The position numbers and the translations under genes are program-made. Positions 1 through 9,520 of a DNA stretch of 24,968 nt are shown in pieces; the stretch's first letter is position 1, and each line of letters opens with the position of its first letter. Source of the stretch: an uncultured Anaerolineales bacterium (GTDB lineage: Bacteria; Chloroflexota; Anaerolineae; B4-G1); NCBI GenBank assembly GCA_964635485.1, contig CAZWPV010000001.1, forward strand, positions 1 through 24,968. Reading direction: 5' to 3'. The notes under the pieces are model-generated. The model ran no database searches. It saw only the letters and a list, made by a program, of their open reading frames with translations, and had not been told where the DNA came from.

Positions 1-1
1 G

Positions 2-499
2 GAGTTGTACAAAAAGTGGGCCGAGTACGCTACCGGCTCCACCGAGGTCGGCGTCACGCTGATCTACGGCTCGATGTACGGCAACACCGAAAAGATGATG
101 AACGCGGTAGCCCAGGGCATCTCCGAAGAGGGCGTGCCGGTCTCTATCTTTGACGTCACGCACACCCACGTCAGTTACATCCTGCCCTCGCTGTGGACGC
201 AGCGGGGAGTTATCGTGGGTGCTCCCACTTACGAGGGATCTCTCTTCCCGCCGATGGTCCAGGTGCTGGAGATGGCCGCCGTAAAAAAAATCCAGAACAA
301 GCAGGTGGCCCGCTTCGGCAGCTATGGATGGAGTGGCGGGGCGCAGCGGCGCTTTGAGAGCCTGATCGAACCGCTCAAGTGGGAGTTGACCGATTCCTTC
401 GAGTTCGTCGGCAGCCCGTCGGAGGAGGACCTGGAGCACGGCGAGGCATTTGGCGCGCAGTTTGCCCGGCTGATCAAAGGCGACACGGAGACAGGGTGA
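2..499 (+). CDS. fprA: FprA/flavodiiron (A-type flavoprotein) C-terminal flavodoxin domain, 5'-truncated by the window edge
   Basis: Frame open from base 2 (ELYKKWAEYA...). Flavodoxin FMN-binding motifs YGSMYGNTEKM, GAPTY and FGSYGWSGGA, typical of the FprA C-terminal domain. Confidence 0.85.
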   Translation, partial: ELYKKWAEYATGSTEVGVTLIYGSMYGNTEKMMNAVAQGISEEGVPVSIFDVTHTHVSYILPSLWTQRGVIVGAPTYEGSLFPPMVQVLEMAAVKKIQNKQVARFGSYGWSGGAQRRFESLIEPLKWELTDSFEFVGSPSEEDLEHGEAFGAQFARLIKGDTETG

Positions 500-540
500 C
501 AAGGAAACAAGAATTCGTCTCCCTGTCCCCTTGTCTCCCC
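482..540. repeat. Imperfect palindrome built from GACAAGGA-like octamer tandem repeats, overlapping the fprA stop
   Basis: Units GACACGGA-GACAGGGT-GACAAGGA-AACAAGAA (482-513). 487-508 pairs with 517-538 (22-nt arms, 4 mismatches, 8-nt loop). Confidence 0.65.
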
Positions 541-571
541 CTTCCCTTATCCTTCCACAAAGGGGGGCACC

Positions 572-1282
572 ATGCTACGAGATCAAGTCATCCTCATCAC
601 CGGGGCAACAGGTGCACTGGGCTCCGTCGTGGCACGCGAGTTCGCTCAGACACAGGCTTACCTGGCGCTGACCGGGCGGTCAGAGGAGAAGCTGGAGCGA
701 TTGGCGACCGAGACCGGCCTGCCCGCCGAGCGCATCTTCACCGTGGCGGCGGACGTCACGCAAGCCGACGGCGTCGAAAATCTCGTGGCGACCGTCACGG
801 CTCGCTTCGGCCAAGTCGCCGTACTGCTGAACGTCGCCGGTGGCTGGAGCGGCGGCAAGTCGGTGGGCGAGACCGCCGTGGAGGATTGGGATCACATGCT
901 GGCGCTCAACCTGCGGTCGGCGTTCCTCCTCTCGCGGGCGGTGCTCCCCGGCATGATCGAGGCCGGCTGGGGACGCATCGTCCACGTCAGCTCCAAGACG
1001 GCGGTCGAACCCCGCGCCAAGCAGGCCGCCTACGCCGTCTCCAAGATGGGACTGATCACCCTGACCGAGGTCATCGCCGCCGAGGTCAAGGGCAGCGGCA
1101 TCACCGCCAACGTCATCCTGCCCAGCATCATCGACACCCCGACGAATCGTGAGTTCATACCCAAGGCCGATCCGGCCAAGTGGGTGCCGCCGGAGCGCAT
1201 CGCCGCCACGATGCACTTCCTCTGCTCTGACGACGCCGCCTCCATAAACGGCGCGCGCATCCCCATCTACGGCGCGGTCTAG
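572..1282 (+). CDS. Short-chain dehydrogenase/reductase (SDR) family oxidoreductase
   Basis: TGATGALG Rossmann glycine motif, NVAGG, catalytic Ser (SSK) and YAVSK (YxxxK), and PSIIDTP. Purine-rich RBS upstream. Confidence 0.93.
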   Translation: MLRDQVILITGATGALGSVVAREFAQTQAYLALTGRSEEKLERLATETGLPAERIFTVAADVTQADGVENLVATVTARFGQVAVLLNVAGGWSGGKSVGETAVEDWDHMLALNLRSAFLLSRAVLPGMIEAGWGRIVHVSSKTAVEPRAKQAAYAVSKMGLITLTEVIAAEVKGSGITANVILPSIIDTPTNREFIPKADPAKWVPPERIAATMHFLCSDDAASINGARIPIYGAV

Positions 1283-1361
1283 CGCATCACGCGGACTCAG
1301 AGCCTTCAATTAGGCGGAGTGCCTGCCAAGCGCCCTCCTCGATCTCCTAGCGAAACGAGAC

Positions 1362-1390
1362 TTGCGCCATATAGCGTGAAGTGCTAAACT
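1362..1390 (+). promoter_or_regulatory. Putative sigma70-type promoter for the kinase block
   Basis: TTGCGC (1362-1367), 17-nt spacer, TAAACT (1385-1390), with a TGn extended -10 just upstream, in the intergenic region before 1535. Confidence 0.5.
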
Positions 1391-1534
1391 TGTATGCACC
1401 TATCTCGAAATCTGAGGAAGCCAAACCCGAACGTTTGTCAAGCAGGGAAGCAGCAGCATCCCTCCAGCTGGGAATATGATCCGCATTCGAGCCGCACGAC
1501 GAGAACGGCTCCGTTTGAGGCGCGCTAGAAAATT

Positions 1535-4054
1535 ATGGGTGACTACACGGAAAAGCAAAGGCATACACTCGTCTGGAGAATGGTCATAACCGGCATTGTT
1601 CTCGGCATATTCTACTGGGTCCTCGAATCCATCATGGACGCCGCCGTGTTCGAAAAGGGGAGCATTATCGAGCGGATATTTCCCTCCGACTCCCGCGAAA
1701 TCCTGTTGCGCGCGCTCGCCCTGGGCACCCTCCTCATCTTTGCCATCTATTCTCACGTCGCTGCGACCCTTCAGCGACGAGCGGAAAAAGACATTCAACA
1801 GCGCGCACAAGACCTGGCACTCATCAATTCACTCAATAGCGCCATCAACCGTGGCGATACATTGGACGAGATACTAAACCTGCTGTCCAAAGAGCTCAGA
1901 CAGGTTTTCGATAGCAATGACACGGCCGTTTACTTGGTCAGCGCAGACAAAGAACACCTGATGATGCAGGGACAATTCCTCAATCCGACGCTCACAAACC
2001 AAGTAGAGAAGCTCCTCGGTCAGAAAATACCACCGGTGAGAATCCACCTGGAACCCGGCAGTCTGTACCGCGAGATACTGGAGGGAAAACAACCGCGCAT
2101 TTTCAACGATCCCGAGGCTGTTCGGACGATGATGGCCGAGTGCACCGAGAACGAGACGTTCAAAATGCTCGTTCCCAAGATTTATGCTGCACTGGGCATC
2201 CGCTCGGTGATATCCATTCCACTGGTATCGGAAAACAGGGCCGTTGGCCTGATGGATCTCTCACGCAGCAGGCCGTTTACTGAGTCGGACCTAGAACGTA
2301 TCACCCTCCTCGCAGGCCAATTGACCGCCGCCATCGAGCATAGGCAGATCGTAGAGAAGCTGAGAGAGGAAAGAGACAAGACACGGATATATTTCGATAT
2401 GGCGGGCGTCATGTTCCTGGTCCTCGACACCGCTGGAACAGTCTCTCTCATCAATCAGAAAGGGTGCGAGATTCTCGGATACAAACAACAGGAGGAGGAG
2501 GTCATCGGTAAGAAGTGGGTGGACAACTTCCTGCCGGCGAGCGTGCGACAGGATGCGGAAGCTGTTTTCCAGGCATTGCTGGCCGGAGAAGTCGAGCGGG
2601 CCGAGTATTTTGAGAACTCGGTTTTGACCAAGAGCGGCGAGGAAAGGGTCATCGCCTGGCACAACACAACATTGAGAGACGAGGTAGGAAACATCAGCGG
2701 CATCCTTAGTTCAGGAAAGGATATCACCGACATAAAGCGCGCAGAAGAGATGCTGTGGCAACGGGCAGCTCAGTTGGCGCTCCTCAACGACGTCGGGGGC
2801 AAAATCGCCGCCGTGCTCGACCTGGACAGCCTGCTGGAAAGGGCCACCCAACTGGTCCAAGAGAGCTTTGGCTATCACCACGCGGCTATTTTTGCGATGG
2901 ACCGCGAGCGGCACGAGTTGGTGATGAGAACGAAGGCCGGCTCGTTTGCTCACCTCTACCCACCCAATCACCGGCTAAAACTGGGCCAAGGCATGGTCGG
3001 CTGGGTGGCCCTGCATGGCGAGACACTGTTGGCCAACGACGTGAACGCCGAACCCCACTACGTCAACCTCTACCCTGGCGTGTTGCCCGATGGCTCCGAG
3101 TTGAGCGTACCACTCCAGGGGGGTGAGGAGATCGTGGGCGTCCTCGACATCCAAAGCCCACAAAAAAACGCCTTTGACGATAACGACGTGATGGTGATGG
3201 AAACTCTGGCCGACCAGGTCGCCGTCGCGATTGAGAACGCGCGGCTGTACGAGAAGCTTCAGCGAGAGCTGGCCGAGCGCGTCCGAATCGAAGCGATTCG
3301 GGCGCGGGCAGAGAAGCGACTGGAACACTATGCCGCCGAACTGGAGCGAAGCAACCGAGAGCTGGAGCAATTCGCCTACATCACTTCACACGACCTGCAG
3401 GAGCCTCTGCGCATGGTGACGAGCTACCTGCAACTCCTGGAACGACGCTACAAAGGCGCGCTCGATGAAGACGCCGACGACTTTATCGCCTACGCCGTAG
3501 ATGGGGCAACCCGTATGCAAATGCTCATTCGCGACCTCCTAACCTATTCACGCGTGAGCACCCACGCCAAACCCTTCGAACCGACCAACTGCAACGACAT
3601 ACTGAACCATGCGCGCGCCAATCTGGAAATCGCCATTCACGAAAGCGCAGCAACAGTCACTTCCGACGATCTGCCGACGATAACAGCCGACGCTACGCAA
3701 CTGACCCAGGTATTCCAGAACCTGATCGGCAACGCCGTCAAATTCCGCAGGAAGGAAGAGCCACCGAGGGTGCACGTCACGGCCGAACGAAAAGAAGACG
3801 AGTGGCTCTTCTCAGTGCGCGACAACGGCATCGGCATCGCCCCTGAACACACAGAGCGCATCTTTTTGATCTTTCAGCGCCTCCACACCCGGGATGAGTA
3901 CCCGGGCACCGGCATTGGCCTCGCCGTATGCAAAAAGATCGTGGAGCGCCACGGCGGACGCCTGTGGGTGGAATCAGAACCTGGAAAAGGATCTACGCTC
4001 TACTTCACAATCCCGGCTATAAGCAAGATCGTTAGTACAGAGAAAAGCAAATGA
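1535..4054 (+). CDS. Membrane-anchored sensor histidine kinase: 2 TM - GAF - PAS - GAF - HisKA - HATPase (Cph1-like kinase core)
   Basis: Two N-terminal hydrophobic helices. PAS/PAC ending GKDITD. H-box SHDLQEPLRMV, N-box NLIGNAVKF, G1 DNGIG, G2 GTGIGLA. Confidence 0.93.
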   Translation: MGDYTEKQRHTLVWRMVITGIVLGIFYWVLESIMDAAVFEKGSIIERIFPSDSREILLRALALGTLLIFAIYSHVAATLQRRAEKDIQQRAQDLALINSLNSAINRGDTLDEILNLLSKELRQVFDSNDTAVYLVSADKEHLMMQGQFLNPTLTNQVEKLLGQKIPPVRIHLEPGSLYREILEGKQPRIFNDPEAVRTMMAECTENETFKMLVPKIYAALGIRSVISIPLVSENRAVGLMDLSRSRPFTESDLERITLLAGQLTAAIEHRQIVEKLREERDKTRIYFDMAGVMFLVLDTAGTVSLINQKGCEILGYKQQEEEVIGKKWVDNFLPASVRQDAEAVFQALLAGEVERAEYFENSVLTKSGEERVIAWHNTTLRDEVGNISGILSSGKDITDIKRAEEMLWQRAAQLALLNDVGGKIAAVLDLDSLLERATQLVQESFGYHHAAIFAMDRERHELVMRTKAGSFAHLYPPNHRLKLGQGMVGWVALHGETLLANDVNAEPHYVNLYPGVLPDGSELSVPLQGGEEIVGVLDIQSPQKNAFDDNDVMVMETLADQVAVAIENARLYEKLQRELAERVRIEAIRARAEKRLEHYAAELERSNRELEQFAYITSHDLQEPLRMVTSYLQLLERRYKGALDEDADDFIAYAVDGATRMQMLIRDLLTYSRVSTHAKPFEPTNCNDILNHARANLEIAIHESAATVTSDDLPTITADATQLTQVFQNLIGNAVKFRRKEEPPRVHVTAERKEDEWLFSVRDNGIGIAPEHTERIFLIFQRLHTRDEYPGTGIGLAVCKKIVERHGGRLWVESEPGKGSTLYFTIPAISKIVSTEKSK

Positions 4055-6951
4055 GTGTCACCCCCTTCAAAATCCTACTAATCGAAGACAATCCGGCAGA
4101 TGCTCGCCTGCTGCGGGAGATGCTGGTCGAAATAAAAGACGCTCCGTTCGAGCTGGAGTGGGTCGACCGGCTCTCGGCAGGATTAGAGCGTCTGACGAAG
4201 GGAGACGTCGACGCAATACTACTGGACCTCTCACTGCCGGACAGCCAGGGCCTCGACACGTTCTTGCAGGTGCAGGCCCAAGCTCCCCACGTGCCCATCA
4301 CCGTGTTGAGTGGCCTCGACGACGCAGCGCTGGCCCTTCAAGCTGTGCGCGAAGGCGCGCAGGACTATCTGGTCAAGGGAAAGATAGACGGCAATTTGCT
4401 GGTGCGCGCCATCAGGTATGCCATCGAACGCAAACGGATAGAAGAAGCATTGCGCGATAGCCTGCAGTTCAGTTCCAGCCTGCTGGGCAACTCTCCTCAC
4501 CCGATCCTCGTCATCAATCCCGACACCTCGATACGATATGCAAACCCCGCTCTGGAAAGGCTGACCGGGTTCTCCGCAGCCGAACTGATCGGCCGGAAAG
4601 CCCCCTACCCCTGGTGGCCGGAAGAAATATGGGAACAAGAAACCCGGCTGCTGAATGGGTTAATGCTCCAAGAAACACGTAGACTCGAGAGGTGCTTCCA
4701 GAGGAAGGACGGGAAACCACTCTGGGTTGAGATCAACGCGGTACCGATCGTAAGCAGCGGGGAATTCAAGTACCGCCTGTCCAACTGGATGGACATCACC
4801 GAGCGCAAGCAGGCCGAGGAAGAGATCCGCCGTCGCGCCGCTCATCTGGAGGCCCTCAATGCCGTAATTGCTGCCGCCGCTGGCGCGCCGGTCCTCACAG
4901 ACTTGTTGAAGGCTGCGCTGGAGCACACGCTGCAAGCCTTTGGTCTGGTGATGGGCGCCATCTGGCAATCAGGCCAGTACGTCATACAGGGCATTGAGCA
5001 GAAGGCCGGGCAAACCAATGCCCACGAAGCTCTGGCCGCTGGCCTTGCCATTGCCAAATCCGTCGTCGTGGAGGACTGGTGTAGGGTAACAGACGATGAT
5101 CCGCTGTCGGCCATCGCTCCCATCATGACCAGCTTTGGCATCCGCTCCTCCCTCGCCATACCCATCCAGGTCGAAGAGCGCCGGATCGGCGGGCTGGCCA
5201 TCGTCTCCCCTGATCCCCGCTCTTGGGCTGCCGATGAGGTTGCCCTGGTGGAAGCCATCGGCCAGCAACTGGGAGCAGCGACAGAAAGGCTACGCCTTTT
5301 CCAAGCCGAGCGGGAGCAACGGGAGTTGGCCGAGGCTCTGCAGGAAGCAGCCGCCGTCGTCGGCAGCACCCTGGAGGCCGACGAGGTACTCGACCGCATC
5401 CTGGAGCAGGTAGAGCGCGTCGTGCCGGGCGATGCCTTCAACATCATGCTGGTAACAGACGGTGGCAAGGCCCAGATCGTCCGCTGGCGAGGATACGAAC
5501 GCTTGCCAGCGAACGGCCCGGAAGCTAGAACTGAATATCTACTCGACGAGATCCCTAATCTGCAGAAAATGATGCAGACAGGGGAAGCGATCGTCGTCTC
5601 GGACACCTCCACGGACCCCGACTGGGTGGTATTGGGAGGCCAGAAATGGCATCGTGCCTACATCGGCGCCCCTATAAAACTGGGAGGCGTAACGGTAGGC
5701 TTTTTGAACGTGAATGACACTCAGGCAAGTCCGTTCGGCATCGATGCCGGTCGACGGCTGCAGGCCTTTGCCAACCATGCCGCTATCGCCATCGAGAACT
5801 CGCGATTGTACCAAGAGTTGCTCAGCCACGCCGAGGAATTGAAGAAGCGCGTGGAGGAGCGTACCGCCCAGATACAGGCCCAATATGCCCAGTTGGAAGC
5901 GATTCTGCGCAGTTCCTCCGACGGTATCGTCGTCACCGACAGCCAGGGGAAAACGATCCAAGCCAACCCCATCGCCAACGCTTGGCTCACTCAAACGCTC
6001 TCGCCCGATGATGCAGTGCAGCTAAGCGAGGCAATACAGGGTCTAGCTGCACGAGCCCCGGAGCGGCCAGAACGGGTGCTGGAACTGGCAGGGGTAGACC
6101 TTGAATTGCGCGCAGTGCCGGTCACAGAGGCCGAAGGGGAAGCGACTGCCTTGGTGACAATCCACGACATCAGCCACCTGAAAACTCTAGATCGAATGAA
6201 GTCGCAATTTGTCACCAACGTCTCCCACGAGCTACGGACCCCCATCACGACGATTAAGCTGTACGCGGCGTTGATGCAAAAGTCGCCACGAGACAAATGG
6301 GAAGAATACCTCAACCCACTAGCCCAAGAAGCTGACCGGCAAGCGCGGCTAGTAGAAGACATCCTGCAGATCTCGCGCATCGAAACCGGGCGGCTGGAGA
6401 TCAGCCCCCGCTCTGTTCCTCTAAATGAACTAACCGAGACTGTCTTTATCAACCATCAACCACTGGCACAGGAGAGGGAGATGACCATCGAGCACCGTCC
6501 GGCGGAGCCGGGACCAGAGGTATTGGTAGATCCCGACAGAATGACGCAGGCGTTGGCCAACCTGGTGACAAACGCGATCCAGTATACACCCAGGGGCGAG
6601 GGCATAGCCATCTCCACCGCAGAGAAAGAAGCAAAAGGTCGCACGTGGGGCACAGTAACGGTGGCCGATACGGGGATGGGCATCCCGGAAGAGGAACTGC
6701 CCCACATCTTTGAGCGGTTCTTCCGGGGGGAACGACCGCGGAGCTTGCAGATACCCGGGACGGGTCTGGGGCTGGCGATCGCAAAGGATATCGTAGAACT
6801 GCACGGAGGCCAGGTGACGGTGGAAAGTGAGATAGATATGGGTACCACCTTCACCATTTGGCTACCTCTTGCGCGTGACGTAGATCAACAGGAAGGCCCT
6901 GGTAGCCAACCGCCGTTTGGAGCGAGAAAATGGAGACACAGCACATCCTAG
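4051..6951 (+). CDS. Hybrid kinase: REC - PAS - GAF - GAF - PAS-like - HisKA - HATPase
   Basis: ATGA overlap with the upstream gene. REC motifs LLIEDN, LLDLSLPD and YLVKG. H-box SHELRTP, NLVTNAIQY, DTGMG, GTGLGLA. Confidence 0.93.
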   Translation: MSVTPFKILLIEDNPADARLLREMLVEIKDAPFELEWVDRLSAGLERLTKGDVDAILLDLSLPDSQGLDTFLQVQAQAPHVPITVLSGLDDAALALQAVREGAQDYLVKGKIDGNLLVRAIRYAIERKRIEEALRDSLQFSSSLLGNSPHPILVINPDTSIRYANPALERLTGFSAAELIGRKAPYPWWPEEIWEQETRLLNGLMLQETRRLERCFQRKDGKPLWVEINAVPIVSSGEFKYRLSNWMDITERKQAEEEIRRRAAHLEALNAVIAAAAGAPVLTDLLKAALEHTLQAFGLVMGAIWQSGQYVIQGIEQKAGQTNAHEALAAGLAIAKSVVVEDWCRVTDDDPLSAIAPIMTSFGIRSSLAIPIQVEERRIGGLAIVSPDPRSWAADEVALVEAIGQQLGAATERLRLFQAEREQRELAEALQEAAAVVGSTLEADEVLDRILEQVERVVPGDAFNIMLVTDGGKAQIVRWRGYERLPANGPEARTEYLLDEIPNLQKMMQTGEAIVVSDTSTDPDWVVLGGQKWHRAYIGAPIKLGGVTVGFLNVNDTQASPFGIDAGRRLQAFANHAAIAIENSRLYQELLSHAEELKKRVEERTAQIQAQYAQLEAILRSSSDGIVVTDSQGKTIQANPIANAWLTQTLSPDDAVQLSEAIQGLAARAPERPERVLELAGVDLELRAVPVTEAEGEATALVTIHDISHLKTLDRMKSQFVTNVSHELRTPITTIKLYAALMQKSPRDKWEEYLNPLAQEADRQARLVEDILQISRIETGRLEISPRSVPLNELTETVFINHQPLAQEREMTIEHRPAEPGPEVLVDPDRMTQALANLVTNAIQYTPRGEGIAISTAEKEAKGRTWGTVTVADTGMGIPEEELPHIFERFFRGERPRSLQIPGTGLGLAIAKDIVELHGGQVTVESEIDMGTTFTIWLPLARDVDQQEGPGSQPPFGARKWRHSTS

Positions 6952-8039
6952 TCGTCGAAGATCACGAGTCCCTCTTGGCAGCCATCCAACACGTCTTGGA
7001 GATCGAGGACTACTCCGTCCTGACTGCCATCGACGGCGTGGAGGCATTGGATATGATGGACAAAGTCCGCCCCGATCTGATCGTAGCGGACATCATGATG
7101 CCCCGAATGAATGGCTACGAATTCTACGAAGCCGTCCGCGCTCGTCCCGAATGGGTACCGATTCCCTTCATCTTCCTGACCGCCAGATCGGAGAAAGAGG
7201 ACATGCTGAAGGGAAAATCGCTGGGCGTCGAGGACTATATCGTCAAGCCATTTGACCCAGAGGAGCTAGTGATAGCTGTCCAGGCCCGGCTGAAACGCAC
7301 CCAGGCCATCCAAGAGGCCTCGGAAGCGGACTTTGAGCAACTCAAACAACAGATCGTCAATACACTGAGTCACGAACTGCGTACACCACTGACCTACATC
7401 CAAGGGTACACGGCGCTAGCGTTGGAGGACACTCACACCGCCAAATATCTCCAAGACTTCCTGCTGGCGATCAAAGGAGGTGCCGACCGGCTGACCCGGC
7501 TGGTCGAGGACATGCTGCTACTAGTCCAGTTGGACACAGGCCAAGCGATGAAGGACTTTGAGTCACTGGCCGACGTACAGCAGGATCTGAACGGAATAGT
7601 AAAACATACTGTCCAGCAATATGCAGAACAGGCATCCACCCAAGACATGACTCTGCAGGTCGAGACGACACCTAACCCACCACAGATACGGCTGTGCGAG
7701 CCCTTCTTCGTCAATGCACTGGGTCGCTTGGTAGACAATGCCATCAGATTCTCCCGAAACGATGGGAAACAAGTAACCGTGAGTATCCGCGCCAGTGATG
7801 AATGGGGAGAGATAATTGTGCAGGACGAAGGCATAGGCATCGCCACTGAACAAGTCCCCCATCTCTTCGAACGATTCCGACAGATCGACAGGGAAGAGAT
7901 GGAACAGCAAGGTGCGGGGCTAGGGCTGGCCATTGCCCAGGGACTGATCGCCCTGCACGGCGGCGAGATCACAGTCGATAGCAAACTCGGAGAAGGATCG
8001 ACCTTCACAATTCGGCTGCCAATAGTCAAAAGCGTCTAG
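6930..8039 (+). CDS. REC - HisKA - HATPase hybrid kinase
   Basis: REC motifs LVVEDH, ADIMMP and YIVKPF. SHELRTP, LVDNAIRF, DEGIG, GAGLGLA. Overlaps the upstream CDS by 22 nt. Confidence 0.93.
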   Translation: METQHILVVEDHESLLAAIQHVLEIEDYSVLTAIDGVEALDMMDKVRPDLIVADIMMPRMNGYEFYEAVRARPEWVPIPFIFLTARSEKEDMLKGKSLGVEDYIVKPFDPEELVIAVQARLKRTQAIQEASEADFEQLKQQIVNTLSHELRTPLTYIQGYTALALEDTHTAKYLQDFLLAIKGGADRLTRLVEDMLLLVQLDTGQAMKDFESLADVQQDLNGIVKHTVQQYAEQASTQDMTLQVETTPNPPQIRLCEPFFVNALGRLVDNAIRFSRNDGKQVTVSIRASDEWGEIIVQDEGIGIATEQVPHLFERFRQIDREEMEQQGAGLGLAIAQGLIALHGGEITVDSKLGEGSTFTIRLPIVKSV

Positions 8040-8094
8040 TACAAAAGCAAGAAACTGGCGACCTTGGCCGTCGAACATCCAAGGAGAGTCACTT

Positions 8095-8553
8095 ATGGGT
8101 GAAAGCATCATCGTTCGTCAAAACAGCCAGTTCGAGACCGAGATCAAGGCTCAAGATCCTCGCAATCCAGACGACCAAGACTTCTACTCCGTCGGCGACA
8201 TCCATCAACTGACACCGTACGGACTGCTACTGGCAGGGCTTGGCTCCTGCACGACCATCATCCTGCACACCTACGCCCAGTACCACGACGTGCCGTTGGC
8301 GGAGGTGGAAATACACCTGGAGTACGACCGCTTCTTTGCCGACGACTGCAAAAACTGCGAGGAAATCGAGGAATACAAGGAACAGATCGACATGGAGATC
8401 GCCCTGTTCGGAGGAGGCCTGATGCCAGAGGAGAAGCGCAGGTTGTTCATGGTCTCCAAGCACTGTCCGATTCACAAGATGCTCGCGCAGGGCATCACAG
8501 TCAAGTCGCAACTGATGGAAGGTACAGAGGAGGAACAGAATGCAGACACGTAA
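8095..8553 (+). CDS. OsmC/Ohr-family protein (YhfA-like) with an extra CxxC
   Basis: Conserved OsmC cysteine pair in LLAGLGSCT and KHCPIHKML, extra DDCKNCEE, AAGGAG RBS. Confidence 0.85.
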   Translation: MGESIIVRQNSQFETEIKAQDPRNPDDQDFYSVGDIHQLTPYGLLLAGLGSCTTIILHTYAQYHDVPLAEVEIHLEYDRFFADDCKNCEEIEEYKEQIDMEIALFGGGLMPEEKRRLFMVSKHCPIHKMLAQGITVKSQLMEGTEEEQNADT

Positions 8554-9505
8554 GCTCGGCTACAGCGATTTGCACCTGACGACCGTCGGCCTGGGCACCT
8601 GGGCCATCGGCGGGGAGTGGCAATGGGGCTGGGGACCGCAGGACGACGCCGAGTCCATCGCGGCCATCCAGCGCGCCCTCGATCTGGGCATCAACTGGAT
8701 CGACACTGCCCCGGCCTACGGCGTGGGGCACTCGGAGGAAATAGTCGGCAGGGCGATTGCTGGACGTCGAGAGCAAGTCATCATCGCCACCAAATGCAGC
8801 CTGGTGTGGGACGAGGGCAGCACCACGACCTACGCGCGGCTCAAGGCCGAGAGCGTCCGCCGCGAGGCAGAGGACAGCCTGCGCCGCCTCAACGTGGACG
8901 TCATCGACCTGTACCAGATCCACTGGCCAAGGCCCGACGAGGACGTCGAGGAGGCGTGGGGAGCCATCGCCGACATGATCGGGGAGGGCAAGATACGCTA
9001 CGCCGGGGCCTCCAATTTCAGCGTGGCCCAGCTCAAGCGCGTGCAGGCGATCCATCCGGTCGCCTCCCTGCAGCCGCCCTACAGCATGCTCCGGCGCGAC
9101 GTCGAGGAGTTGCTGCCTTACTGCACCGCCAACGATATCGGTGTGGTTGCCTACAGCCCGATGCAGGCCGGGCTGCTGACGGGCAAATTCAACAAGGAGC
9201 GCGTCGCCAGCCTGCCCGACGGGGATTGGCGCAAGCAGAACCCCTTCTTCCGTGAGCCGCAGATCAGCGCCAACCTGGCGTTGGTCGAAAAGCTGCGCCC
9301 CATCGCGGAGCGAAACGGCAGGCCGCTGGCGCAGTTGGCCATCGCCTGGGTGCTGCGGCGACCGGAGGTGACGGCGGCCATCGTCGGCGCGCGGCGCCCC
9401 TTCCAGATCGAGGAAACGGCCCCGGCGGGAGACTGGACCCTCTCGCAAGAGGACATCGCCGAGATCGACGCACTCCTGGAAGAACGCGATAAAGCACTAG
9501 CCTGA
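8540..9505 (+). CDS. Aldo/keto reductase
   Basis: GLGTWAIGG and the catalytic tetrad in IDTAPAYG (D,Y), IATKC (K) and YQIHWP (H). Also LQPPYSML and YSPMQAGLLTGK. Confidence 0.95.
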   Translation: MQTRKLGYSDLHLTTVGLGTWAIGGEWQWGWGPQDDAESIAAIQRALDLGINWIDTAPAYGVGHSEEIVGRAIAGRREQVIIATKCSLVWDEGSTTTYARLKAESVRREAEDSLRRLNVDVIDLYQIHWPRPDEDVEEAWGAIADMIGEGKIRYAGASNFSVAQLKRVQAIHPVASLQPPYSMLRRDVEELLPYCTANDIGVVAYSPMQAGLLTGKFNKERVASLPDGDWRKQNPFFREPQISANLALVEKLRPIAERNGRPLAQLAIAWVLRRPEVTAAIVGARRPFQIEETAPAGDWTLSQEDIAEIDALLEERDKALA

Positions 9506-9520
9506 GATTGGAGGTCGCCA

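Noticed and set aside
1391-1534. Long leader before the first kinase as a riboswitch or sRNA
   Set aside because: No recognisable aptamer consensus and no terminator/antiterminator pair seen by eye.
1535-4054. Phytochrome photoreceptor, suggested by the Cph1-like kinase core
   Set aside because: No PAS-GAF-PHY photosensory module and no DIP/chromophore-Cys motif is visible. Only the kinase subfamily is shared.
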